A stretch of 64,000 nucleotides of DNA from positions 250 through 64,249 of the forward strand of contig CANIRU010000002.1 of the NCBI GenBank assembly GCA_947470025.1, in the 5' to 3' direction. The notes below the pieces were generated by a model that made no database searches, was not told the origin of the DNA, and saw only the letters and a list, made by a program, of their open reading frames with translations. Below, one piece after another: positions 42,649-51,558 of this stretch; position 1 is the stretch's first letter; each line of letters opens with the position of its first letter. This DNA comes from Chloroflexota bacterium (GTDB taxonomy: Bacteria; Chloroflexota; Dehalococcoidia; UBA2979). The translations under genes were made by a program, and so were the position numbers.

Positions 42649-44178
42649 TTAGCCCTCGACAGCCTCGAACGGCTCGCGGGCGGCGCGGGCACGCATCGCC
42701 TCGGGGCCGGTCTCGGAGACGATCGACGCGTGGTGCGCCTCCAGCACCTTGTCGCGCAGCCACAGCGACATCACGAAGCCGACGAGGCTGAGCGCCGCCA
42801 TGAAGTAGAACGAGTGGTGGAACGCGCGGACCATCGCCGGCAGAGGCAGCCCCGCCGTGGTGACCGACGTGTGCGCCGCAAGCCCCTGGAACGCGAGGCT
42901 CAGCGACAGGATCGTCGTCAGCACCGCGGCGGAGAGGCCACCGTTGATGCGCTGCGTGACGTTGACCAGCGCGGTCGCGCGCGGCATCTGGCCGTCCTGC
43001 ACGGTGTTGTACGCGACCATCTGCACCGTCTGGGAGAACAGGCCGAGCGCGATGCCTCGACCACCCGCGAGCAGGAGCACCTCGCCGATGCCGGTCGTGC
43101 CGTCGACGAAGCTCCAGAGCAACGAGGTGAGCGCGAGCACGAGCAGGCCGGACGCAGCCAGCGGGCGCGGGCCAACGCGGTTATACAGTCGGCCCGCGAG
43201 GTTCATCGTGATGAACGACATCACCCCCATCGGCAGCAGCGCGAGGCCGGTCTCCGCGGCGCCCCATCCGTGCGCCAGCTGGAGGAACAGCGAGAGCACG
43301 AAGTTCAGGCCGAAGAGCGAGAAGAAGCCGATCCACTGGATGCCCACCGCGAGCCGGAACATCGGGTCGACGAACAGCCGGAGCTGGAGCATCGGGTCGC
43401 GCTGGCCCAGCTCAACGCGGATGAACGCGACGAGGGCGACCGCCGCGACCGCGAGCAGCGACAGCGGCACAGGGTTCGTCCACCCCTTGTCCGAGGCAAG
43501 GCTCAGGCCGAGGACCAGCGACGGGAAGGCGATCGCGGAGAGCGCGAATCCTCGGACGTCCAGGCGCGCCTCGTGACGGATCGTCGTCTCCTTCAGCAGC
43601 CAGAATGCCGCGAGGATGCCGATGCCGCCGATCGGGATGTTGATCAGGAAGATCGCGCGCCAGTGCGAGTACTCGGTGATGTAGCCACCGACGGTCGGGC
43701 CGAGGATCGGGCCGAGCAACATCGGGATGCCGAGGAGCCCCATGAAGTAGGGGCGCTCAAGCGGCGTGATCATCGTGAAGACGAGCGCCATCCCCAGCGG
43801 CTGGAGCATCCCGCCGCCGAGGCCCTGCAACACGCGGAAGCCGATGAGGCTCGGCATGTCCCACGCAAAGCCACAGAGCGCCGACCCGATCGTGAACAAC
43901 ACCATGGTGATGATGTAGAGCCGCCTCATCCCCACCCGCTCGGCGAGGAACCCGGTCAACGGGATGACCACGGCCAGCGCCATCAGGTACGAGGTGATCA
44001 CCAGCTGCCCCGACTCGAGGTTCGCGTGGAAGTCGCGGAGCACGCTCGGCAGCGCGATGTTCACGATTGAGGAGTCGAGGATCGACATGAACGACCCGAT
44101 CGTCGTGACGGCGAGGGGAAGCCAGCGGGGGTCGAATCCAGAGCGACGGGCGACAGGAGTGGCGGAGGCGGCAGACAC
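42649..44178 (-). CDS. MFS transporter, DHA2 (EmrB/QacA-like, 14-TMS) family
   Basis: SFMSILDSSIVNIALPSV..., LGFRVLQGLGGG and a length consistent with 14 TMS. GTG 44178 was chosen because codons upstream of it have low GC3. The ORF track extends to 44382, so the start is uncertain. Confidence 0.75.
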   Translation of the reverse strand: MSAASATPVARRSGFDPRWLPLAVTTIGSFMSILDSSIVNIALPSVLRDFHANLESGQLVITSYLMALAVVIPLTGFLAERVGMRRLYIITMVLFTIGSALCGFAWDMPSLIGFRVLQGLGGGMLQPLGMALVFTMITPLERPYFMGLLGIPMLLGPILGPTVGGYITEYSHWRAIFLINIPIGGIGILAAFWLLKETTIRHEARLDVRGFALSAIAFPSLVLGLSLASDKGWTNPVPLSLLAVAAVALVAFIRVELGQRDPMLQLRLFVDPMFRLAVGIQWIGFFSLFGLNFVLSLFLQLAHGWGAAETGLALLPMGVMSFITMNLAGRLYNRVGPRPLAASGLLVLALTSLLWSFVDGTTGIGEVLLLAGGRGIALGLFSQTVQMVAYNTVQDGQMPRATALVNVTQRINGGLSAAVLTTILSLSLAFQGLAAHTSVTTAGLPLPAMVRAFHHSFYFMAALSLVGFVMSLWLRDKVLEAHHASIVSETGPEAMRARAAREPFEAVEG

Positions 44179-44434
44179 GGCGGGGATCCAATCCTCTGGG
44201 CGCGGTCGCGGGAGCGTCGGCCGGGCGGGTTTGGGGTTCAGATCGAGGCTACCGCCGGAATCGCCAACTGTCACGTCGACGTTAAGGTTAGTGTTATCAC
44301 GCCCGTGAGGATGGGGCATCGTTCGTGACAACCCTTCACGCGCTGGCAAAGGCGATCGGGCTGCGTTATCGTCCGCCGGCAATCCTCGTTGAGCGCGTCA
44401 CCCCGCGTGGCCGCGCTGTCTCTGGAGGCCTCCC

Positions 44435-45625
44435 GTGCCTGAAGGTCCGCTGTACGGAATCCGTGTCTTCGACCTGACCATCGCGATGGTCGGGCCGTGG
44501 TGTGCCATGCAGCTCGGCGCGATGGGCGCCGACGTCGTCCATGTCGAGGCCAAGGAGGCCGTCCGCGGCGGCGTGCCGCCCAGCATCAACGGCACCTCCA
44601 TCGGCTACATCACGTGGAACATGAACAAGCGTGGCATTCAGTTCGACCTCAAGTCGCAGGACGACCGCGCCGACGCCTACGAGGTGCTCAAGACCTCCGA
44701 CGTGTTCCTGATGAACATGCGCCCGGACGTGGCGGCGCGCCTCGGTGTCGACTACGAGTCGGTGTCGAAGCTCAACCCGGGCATCGTGTACGTCGCGGTG
44801 ACCGGCTGGGGCCAGGCCGGCCCGCTGAGCTCGCTGCCGGGGGCAGACGGCCAGATCCAGCACTACACCGGCTTCGGATCCTCGAGCGGTGTCGAGGGCA
44901 CGGAGGAAGGCGAGATCTACCGCCACTTCACTCAGATGGACGCCACCACCGGCAACTACGCGTGCCAGGCGATCCTGATGGGCCTGCTCGCGCGCAAGAA
45001 GACCGGCAAAGGGCAGCGCATCGACGTGTCGATGATCCGCGCCACTTCGGCGCTGCAGACCGGCCGCATGACCGAGTACCTCCAGTCGAAGCAGGTGCCG
45101 AAGCCGCTGGGGCACAAGTCGCAGGCCGTCGCGCCGAGCCAGGCGTTCATGTGCCACGACGCGCGCTACCTCGGCGTCGAGGCGACGAGCGAGGCGGAGT
45201 GGCGCGGTCTCTGCGCCGCGATCGACAAGCCAGAGCTGGCGACCGACGCCCGCTTCGCCACGAACTCCGAACGCGTGGAGCACCGCAACGAACTATCCGC
45301 GATCCTCGAGCCAGTGTTCGCGGCGATGCCGCTGGACTACTGGATGCTGGAGCTGAAGAAGCAGGACGTGCCACACGGCCGCCCGATGCGCTGGGACGAG
45401 TTGCGCAACCACCAGCAGGTGCTGGACAACCAGTACCTCATCGACATCGAGACGAAGTCGTGGGGCACTGTCCGCACCGGAGGGCCGGTCTGGCACTTCT
45501 CCGAGACACCTGCCCGCTGGTTCCGCACGCCGGAGCTGGGCGAGCACGCCGAGGAGATCATGCGTGATGTCCGCGCCGACCTCGCGAAGGCGGGCACGCC
45601 CGCGGCCGCAGGGGGGAAGCAGTAA
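44435..45625 (+). CDS. Family III CoA-transferase, A-type subunit of cassette 2
   Basis: PLYGIRVFDLTIAMVGPWCAMQLGAMGADVVHVE. About half the positions are identical by eye to 5689-6882. GTG 44435 lies 6 nt after GGAGG. Confidence 0.85.
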   Translation: MPEGPLYGIRVFDLTIAMVGPWCAMQLGAMGADVVHVEAKEAVRGGVPPSINGTSIGYITWNMNKRGIQFDLKSQDDRADAYEVLKTSDVFLMNMRPDVAARLGVDYESVSKLNPGIVYVAVTGWGQAGPLSSLPGADGQIQHYTGFGSSSGVEGTEEGEIYRHFTQMDATTGNYACQAILMGLLARKKTGKGQRIDVSMIRATSALQTGRMTEYLQSKQVPKPLGHKSQAVAPSQAFMCHDARYLGVEATSEAEWRGLCAAIDKPELATDARFATNSERVEHRNELSAILEPVFAAMPLDYWMLELKKQDVPHGRPMRWDELRNHQQVLDNQYLIDIETKSWGTVRTGGPVWHFSETPARWFRTPELGEHAEEIMRDVRADLAKAGTPAAAGGKQ

Positions 45626-46830
45626 TGCCCGGCCCCCTGGACGGATACCGCGTCGTCGAATTGTCCGAGGGTGTCGCCGGCCCGTACGCGGCGATGGAGC
45701 TGGGTGACGCCGGCGCCGATGTACTGAAGATCGAGAAGCTGCAGGGCGACCGCGCGCGCGGCTGGGGATCGAAGGCGACGGGCGACCTCGGCGCGTCGTT
45801 CCTCGGCATGAACCGCAACAAGCGCAGCGTGGCGCTCGACCTCGACAGCGCGGAGGGCGTCGCCGTCGCGAAGAAGCTGCTCGAGGGTGCGGACGTGGTC
45901 ATCGCGGACGCGGCATGGACGGCGCACCCCGACCTCCAGCCCGAAGCGCTGACGAAGAGCAACCCGGGCCTCGTCCACGTGCACATCTCCGAGTACGGCG
46001 AGCACGGCCCGATGGCCAACCGCGCGCCGTACGGCGAGCTGTCCGCGCAGCTCGCGTCCGAGGCGACGACCTCCCTCGGCGTGATCGGCGAGGCGCCTGT
46101 GCGCATGGCGGTGGACGTGGCGCAGATGTTCACGGGCATCTACGCCGTGCAGGCGATCTGCGCCGCGCTCTACGCGCGTGACACGCGCGGCGGCCAGCGC
46201 ATCGACCTGTCGCTGTTCGGGACGATGGTCGCGATGCGCTCCACACTCTGGGTCGCGCTCGCGAACCCGGACGAGTGGTGGGGCTTCCACCTCGACTCCT
46301 ACGTGAAGCCGCAGGACTACGGGTACCAGTGCAAGGACGGGCGGATCTACTTCTCGCTCGCCCGCCCCACGCAGGAGCAGCGCGACGACCTGTACCGCGA
46401 GTTCAACATGGAGTGGGTGCGCCAGGACCCGCTGTTCGACCTCGTGAACACCGACACGGCTGGCGGCACGGCGCGCTACTCGCACGTGTGCAAGCCGGTG
46501 TGGGAGCGCGCGTTCAAGGAGCTGCCGCGGCAGCAGGTGATCGAGGCTATCCGCAAGACGGGCGGCTGGGCCTTCGAGAAGAACAACTACGAGGAGCTCG
46601 TGAACTCCGAGCAGGCGCAGTTCATCGGGCTGATCGACACGCGCGATCACCCCGGCGTCGGCTCGGTCTCGACGGTGGCGATCCCGTGGGAGTTCGCGGA
46701 CACGCCCGCCTCGATCCGGCGCCCCGCGCCGCGTCTGGGCGAGCACGCGGACGAGGTGCTGGGCGCCGCGGGCTTCTCCGCGAGCGACATCAGCGGCCTG
46801 CGCTCGAAGGGCGTCCTCGCCACGGTGTAG
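45625..46830 (+). CDS. Family III CoA-transferase, B-type subunit of cassette 2
   Basis: PLDGYRVVELSEGVAGPYAAMELGDAGADVLKIE. It shares WWGFHLDSY and PWEFADTPASIR with 6885-8048. The start overlaps the upstream stop (TAATG). Confidence 0.85.
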   Translation: MPGPLDGYRVVELSEGVAGPYAAMELGDAGADVLKIEKLQGDRARGWGSKATGDLGASFLGMNRNKRSVALDLDSAEGVAVAKKLLEGADVVIADAAWTAHPDLQPEALTKSNPGLVHVHISEYGEHGPMANRAPYGELSAQLASEATTSLGVIGEAPVRMAVDVAQMFTGIYAVQAICAALYARDTRGGQRIDLSLFGTMVAMRSTLWVALANPDEWWGFHLDSYVKPQDYGYQCKDGRIYFSLARPTQEQRDDLYREFNMEWVRQDPLFDLVNTDTAGGTARYSHVCKPVWERAFKELPRQQVIEAIRKTGGWAFEKNNYEELVNSEQAQFIGLIDTRDHPGVGSVSTVAIPWEFADTPASIRRPAPRLGEHADEVLGAAGFSASDISGLRSKGVLATV

Positions 46831-46858
46831 CGTCGAGGTTGCGAGAGTTGCATCGAGG

Positions 46859-46880
46859 AGGCCCCGCGCGAGCGGGGCTT
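46859..46880 (+). terminator. Hairpin terminator after cassette 2
   Basis: AGGCCCCGC-GCGA-GCGGGGCTT followed by CTTCGTG. Confidence 0.5.
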
Positions 46881-46904
46881 CTTCGTGCCCTACGATCGAC
46901 GGCA

Positions 46905-46940
46905 CCCTCACCCCAACCCTCTCCCCGAACGGGGAGAGGG
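46905..46940 (-). repeat. REP-like palindromic repeat, copy 3 (inverted)
   Basis: CCCTCACCCCAA + CCCTCTCCCC-GAAC-GGGGAGAGGG, 25 nt upstream of ATG 46966. Confidence 0.85.
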
Positions 46941-46965
46941 GGCCCGAGCGGAGAGTCGAGGCAGC

Positions 46966-47766
46966 ATGACCACGCGCATTACCGTCGGCGACGTCGAGAT
47001 CATCGCGCTGAGCGACGGCACGGGCGCCCGGCCGGCCTCGTGGATGTTCCCGGACGACGGGGAGCGCGCCCTCGAGACCTACGGCGACCTGCTCGATGCG
47101 GACGCGAACGTGGTGCTGAACTTCGGGTGCTTCGTGCTGCGCGCGGACGGGCAGACGGTGCTCGTGGACGCGGGCAACGGGCCGGAGCGCGGCGGGCCGC
47201 TGCTCGAACAACTCGTCGAGGCTGGCGTGCGGCCGGACGAGATCGACCTCGTGCTGTTCACGCACCTGCACGGCGACCACACCGGCTGGAACATCGACCG
47301 CGCAACGGGCGCGGCGCGCTTTTCGCGCGCGACCTACCTCGTGCCCCGACTCGACTTCGACTACTACACGTCGCTGGAGTCCGCATCGGTCGCGCGGGAC
47401 ATCGCACCACTCGCCGCTCTCGGCGCGCTCGACCTGATCGAGGCGGAGCGCGCGCTGACGCCGTCGCTCACGACGCTCGCGACGCCCGGACACACGCCGG
47501 GCCACACCGGGATCGTCGTGACGTCGCAGGGCCGGCATGCGCTGGTGATCGGCGATGCATTCGTCTCGCGCGTCAGCCTCGCGGAGCCCTCGTGGCGCGT
47601 CGCCGCAGACTGGGATGCCGAGGTCGCCGCGACGACGCGACGTGCGCTCCTCGAACGCGCGGACCGTGACGGTGCGGTGGTCGCCCTGTCGCACTTCCCC
47701 ACGCCGGGCCTCGGGCGATTCGGGACGATCGAGGGCGAGCGCCGCGTCTGGGTGCCGCTCGGCTAG
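46966..47766 (+). CDS. MBL-fold metallo-hydrolase (lactonase-like)
   Basis: HxHxDH as FTHLHGDHTGW and a later PGHTPGH. ATG 46966. The ORF-track 5' extension is translation of the REP copy. Confidence 0.8.
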   Translation: MTTRITVGDVEIIALSDGTGARPASWMFPDDGERALETYGDLLDADANVVLNFGCFVLRADGQTVLVDAGNGPERGGPLLEQLVEAGVRPDEIDLVLFTHLHGDHTGWNIDRATGAARFSRATYLVPRLDFDYYTSLESASVARDIAPLAALGALDLIEAERALTPSLTTLATPGHTPGHTGIVVTSQGRHALVIGDAFVSRVSLAEPSWRVAADWDAEVAATTRRALLERADRDGAVVALSHFPTPGLGRFGTIEGERRVWVPLG

Positions 47767-48812
47767 CGCCCCTGCAGCCGCGCTTTCACGCCAGGGATGA
47801 TCTCGCGCGCCAGGCGTTCCATGTAGGACGTGCCGTCGCGCGGGTTCGTCGAGGGCGGCGTCGGCACTGGCTGCGGCACGACGATGTCGAAGTCGATGCC
47901 CTGCGACAGCGCCGCGACGATCTGGTCGGTGACCTGCTCCGCCGTGCCGCGCACGGAGAAGGCGTTCGCCGCCGCCTCCGGCAGGAAGTCGACGAGGCGG
48001 CCCGACTCGACGGGATCCGGGTGGTGGTGGAAGTCGGGATGCACCAGCTTCTGCAGCTCATGCACGTCCGGCCCGTTCCACGCGATGCCCGCCGTCTCGA
48101 AGAGGTGCGGTGAGAACTCGTAGTACCCGGCGGCCATCGACTTGCCGATGAGCAGCGCGCGCTCGGAGTCGTCGGTGAGCACGGTGTGCAGCACGAGGCC
48201 GAGGCGCACGGACTTCGGGTCACGCCCGGCCTCCTCGGCGCCCGCGCGGATCGAGGCGACGGCGCTGTGCAGGATGTCGGGGTGCGTCCCTGCGCGGATG
48301 AACACGCCATCCGCGACCCGGCCCGCCGCCCGCAGAGCACGAGGCCCGGCGGCGGCCAGCCAGACGGGCACAGGACGCGGGTGGGGCAGGCGCGCGGGCA
48401 GGCGCGCGCCAACATCGACACCCTCATCGTGCAGCAGGCCCCTGATCAGCCGCGCGGCAGCCTCGAGCGTGGCGACCTTCGCGGGCTTCAGCCCGGCGAG
48501 ATGCACCGCCGTGTCGCCGATGCCGTAGCCGAGGATCGCGCGCCCGTTCGAGACCTGGTCGACCGTGGCGATCGATCCGGCGGTGACGCTCGGCTGCCTC
48601 GTCACCGGGTTCGCGAGCAACGGGCCGAGGCGGATGCGCGAGGTGGCCTTCGCCGCGAACGAGAGGAGCACGTAGGTGTCGTGTCGGCGGAGCTGCGAGT
48701 CCGGCACGAACGCGTAGTCCCAGCCGAGCGACTCGGCGTACGCCACGTCCGCCGCGAAGTTGTCGGGAGTCGAGAAGTCGAAGCGGTTGAGGCCGAAGGC
48801 AGGTGTGCTCAT
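47763..48812 (-). CDS. LLM-class F420/flavin-dependent oxidoreductase
   Basis: FGLNRFDF..., AESLGWDYAFVPDSQ and GRAILGYGIGD are typical LLM features. ATG 48812 was chosen (48830 is an alternative). Its stop overlaps the convergent MBL stop within CTAG. Confidence 0.8.
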   Translation of the reverse strand: MSTPAFGLNRFDFSTPDNFAADVAYAESLGWDYAFVPDSQLRRHDTYVLLSFAAKATSRIRLGPLLANPVTRQPSVTAGSIATVDQVSNGRAILGYGIGDTAVHLAGLKPAKVATLEAAARLIRGLLHDEGVDVGARLPARLPHPRPVPVWLAAAGPRALRAAGRVADGVFIRAGTHPDILHSAVASIRAGAEEAGRDPKSVRLGLVLHTVLTDDSERALLIGKSMAAGYYEFSPHLFETAGIAWNGPDVHELQKLVHPDFHHHPDPVESGRLVDFLPEAAANAFSVRGTAEQVTDQIVAALSQGIDFDIVVPQPVPTPPSTNPRDGTSYMERLAREIIPGVKARLQGR

Positions 48813-48937
48813 CCGCGCATCGTCAGGCATCCCTCGGTGCTCGACAACCGCGCGAGCACCGTGAGCGCCACGATGCGCACCGCCCCGGACGCCACTCAAC
48901 ATTGCACCGAAGCGAAGTTCCGCCCATCGTTCCGGCC

Positions 48938-48973
48938 CCCTCTCCCCGTTTGGGGAGAGGGTTGGGGTGAGGG
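48938..48973 (+). repeat. REP-like palindromic repeat, copy 4
   Basis: CCCTCTCCCC-GTTT-GGGGAGAGGG + TTGGGGTGAGGG. The flanks (GTTCCGGCCCC... and ...GGCCACACCA) also match copy 1. Confidence 0.85.
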
Positions 48974-49012
48974 TCTTCCGGCCACACCAGCCCCGCCTAC
49001 CTCGACGTGGCG

Positions 49013-49459
49013 CTAACCGTCCCCTGTACCGCGCGCGAGCGGTGGGAGGTGGAACACGCCGGCCAGCGAGGGATACGAGACGCCGAAGAGCGCCGCGCCG
49101 ACGAGGGCGCCCGCGAGCGCCGCCAGCGCGTACACCTTGCCCTCCCCGATGTTCACGAGGATCGGGCCCGGGCACATGCCCGTGATCGACCAGCCGATGC
49201 CGAACAGGATCCCGCCGTACAGGTTGCCTCGATGTATCGGCTTCAGCTCGATGCGGATCGGCGCGCCCGAGATCGTGTGGCCGTAGCGCTTCAGCAGCCA
49301 CAGGCCGGGGGCGGTGATCGCGACCGCGGCGCCGATGATCCCGTAGAGCTGGAAGTTGGTGAGCAGGAACATGCCCTGGATGAAGTTGTAGTCGGCGGCG
49401 CCCGACCGGCTGAGGATGTAGCCGAAGAGCAGCCCGAGGATCAGATAGACAGCAGTCAT
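49013..49459 (-). CDS. YeeE/YedE family (sulfur-compound transport-related) membrane protein, C-terminal-half homolog
   Basis: 148 aa and hydrophobic, with GIGWSITGMCPGP. An RBS GGGGGA lies 5 nt upstream. It pairs with the upstream half-size gene. Confidence 0.75.
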   Translation of the reverse strand: MTAVYLILGLLFGYILSRSGAADYNFIQGMFLLTNFQLYGIIGAAVAITAPGLWLLKRYGHTISGAPIRIELKPIHRGNLYGGILFGIGWSITGMCPGPILVNIGEGKVYALAALAGALVGAALFGVSYPSLAGVFHLPPLARGTGDG

Positions 49460-49469
49460 CGACGTCCCC

Positions 49470-49976
49470 CTAGAAGATCACGCGGTAGACGAGGTTGGTG
49501 GTGACGAGGCCCGCGCCCATGAAGCTCAGGGTGCTGATCAGGCTCGGGAGCTCGAGGTTCGAGAGGCCGAAGATGCCGTGGCCACTGGTGCAGCCGCCCG
49601 CGAGCCGCGTGCCGAAGCCGATGAACAGCCCTCCGACGAACATCCACACGACCTTGCCCATGGGGCCCCAGCCGATCGTGGTGTCGAACATGCCGAGCTC
49701 CCACGTCGGCGCCCAGCCGCCCGAGCCGATCGCTGATACGACCCCACCGAGGACGAGACCGCCAAGGAACGGCAGCCGCCATCCTCGTGCGCCGACCACC
49801 GCGTCACGGCGGAAGTAGGGCGCGTCCAGCACGAGGGAGCACACGTCCTCGAACCCCGTCGAGATGCCGAGGCGGCGGTTCGCGAGGTAGAGCAGCATCA
49901 GCGTGACAGCGGCGATGCCCGCGCCCGCGATCGCCCAATGGATCGCCGGCGCTCCGTTCAGGATCAGTGGTCCCAC
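49470..49976 (-). CDS. YeeE/YedE family membrane protein, N-terminal-half homolog
   Basis: 168 aa with GFGTRLAGGCTSGHG, the signature of YeeE/YedE. GTG start. Confidence 0.75.
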   Translation of the reverse strand: MGPLILNGAPAIHWAIAGAGIAAVTLMLLYLANRRLGISTGFEDVCSLVLDAPYFRRDAVVGARGWRLPFLGGLVLGGVVSAIGSGGWAPTWELGMFDTTIGWGPMGKVVWMFVGGLFIGFGTRLAGGCTSGHGIFGLSNLELPSLISTLSFMGAGLVTTNLVYRVIF

Positions 49977-50047
49977 GGTCGTCCTCCTTCCCGGCGCCCT
50001 GCCCTCCAGCGCGCCGGCACCCTCAGGATAGCCCCCCGTGATCGCCG

Positions 50048-50956
50048 CTAGCCGGCGCGTTGCACCAGGAAGATGAGCACCGTCAGCGTCAGCATCGACA
50101 GCAGCGTCGAGGTGACGACGACACGGGTGACGAAGGCGGGCACCGCGCGGAACTCGGTCGCGATGATCGTGGCGATCACGGCGGTGGGCATCGCGGCGAG
50201 CACGGTGAGTGTCGCGCGCGGGATGCCATCAAGACCCAGCGCCGTGCAGGTGAACCACGCGACGACGGGCGAGATCAGCAGACGGAACAGGTTCACGCTG
50301 ACGGTGTCCAGCAGGTGGTCGCGCCCGACGGCGTGCTGGAGCTGCAGCCCGAGCACCGACAGCATGACGGGCACCGCGGCGGCGGCCAGCGAGGTGATCG
50401 GGGCGTCGAGGGTGATCGGGAGCTTGATGCCGGAGGCGTTCACCGCGAGCCCCGCGATGGCGGCATATAGCACGGGGTAGCGGAACGGCGCTTTGAGTGC
50501 CGCCATCGGCGAACCGCCGGCCATCGAGGCGATCGCGATGCCGAGCGAGTTCGACACCACCGCCCCGACGACGAAGTTCATCACGGCGATATCGAGGCCG
50601 GCGTTCCCGAACGCGAGCATCGCGACCGGCAGCCCCATGTTGCCGACGTTCGGCGTCGTCGCGCCCAGGGCGAACGCGGCACGCATCGGCGCCTCGTGCC
50701 CGACGATCATCGACCAGACGGCGGACACCACCCACATCGCGAAGAACGTGACGAGCATGACGGCGATGATCTTGAACGAGAGGCCAGCGGAGACGTGCGT
50801 GGTCTGCATCGAGTGGAACACGAGGGCCGGGCTGAACAGGTAAAACACCAGCGCAGACACCGGCGCGACCGGGATCGCCCGCCATCGGCCCACGATGCCG
50901 CCGAGGATCGCGACCAGCGCGACCGGCAGGACGATTTCCAGGAAGACCTTGTCCAC
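50048..50956 (-). CDS. AEC (auxin efflux carrier) family transporter
   Basis: 302 aa from GTG 50956. It has about 10 hydrophobic segments with the N-terminal FLEIVLPVALVAILG... and GNMGLPVA motif typical of AEC permeases. Confidence 0.7.
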   Translation of the reverse strand: MDKVFLEIVLPVALVAILGGIVGRWRAIPVAPVSALVFYLFSPALVFHSMQTTHVSAGLSFKIIAVMLVTFFAMWVVSAVWSMIVGHEAPMRAAFALGATTPNVGNMGLPVAMLAFGNAGLDIAVMNFVVGAVVSNSLGIAIASMAGGSPMAALKAPFRYPVLYAAIAGLAVNASGIKLPITLDAPITSLAAAAVPVMLSVLGLQLQHAVGRDHLLDTVSVNLFRLLISPVVAWFTCTALGLDGIPRATLTVLAAMPTAVIATIIATEFRAVPAFVTRVVVTSTLLSMLTLTVLIFLVQRAG

Positions 50957-51107
50957 GGCCCCGCCTCGACTCCAGTCCGCGCGCTCGCGGCGGGACGGAT
51001 GGAGTAGAACATCCCTCGCCGTGAGCGTCGAACGGCCAAGGGCGGGCACCGCGGGCACGAAACGTTAATCGGTTCTCTACTTCCAGCCGGAGACGCCAGA
51101 CCGGAGA

Positions 51108-51497
51108 ATGAGTCACGCGAATCCAGATCCTGTATGCGGGCGGCCTCCTCTGAACCCCACCTCTCCCCCGACCTCCCACCTGCCCGCGCGCAAGCGCGTA
51201 GTCGTCATCCCGACCTACAACGAGGCGGACAGCCTCCCGGTGATCGTCGAACAGGTGCTGCGCGCGCTGCCGATCGACATCCTGATCATGGACGACGCCT
51301 CCCCGGACGGCACTGGCGACATCGCGGACGCGCTGGCGGCAGCCGAACCTCGCATCTCCGTGATCCACCGGCCCGGCAAGGCCGGGCTTGGCCCCGCATA
51401 CGTGCAGGGGTTCCAGATCGCCCTCGACCCCGCTCATGGCGGGGACGGTGACCATCCGCTAGGGCGAGGTGGAGAGGGCCTGCGCGGAGCCGAGTAG
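51108..51497 (+). pseudogene. Truncated GT2 glycosyltransferase (polyprenol-phosphate mannose synthase-like) remnant
   Basis: Residues about 28-105 ([24 protein letters not shown]...[44 protein letters not shown]) match the N-terminal half of Ppm1/DPM-type GT2 enzymes. The frame then diverges and stops after 129 aa, before the second acidic DxD-type motif. No continuation exists in other frames before the convergent gene. Confidence 0.5.
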
Positions 51498-51530
51498 AGC
51501 AGGTACCTCGAGGGGGACGCAGACAACGAA

Positions 51531-51558
51531 GAGGGCGGCTCCTTGCGGAGCCGCCCTC
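51531..51558. terminator. Hairpin terminator between convergent genes
   Basis: GAGGGCGGCTCC-TTGC-GGAGCCGCCCTC forms a perfect 12-bp stem. Confidence 0.65.
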
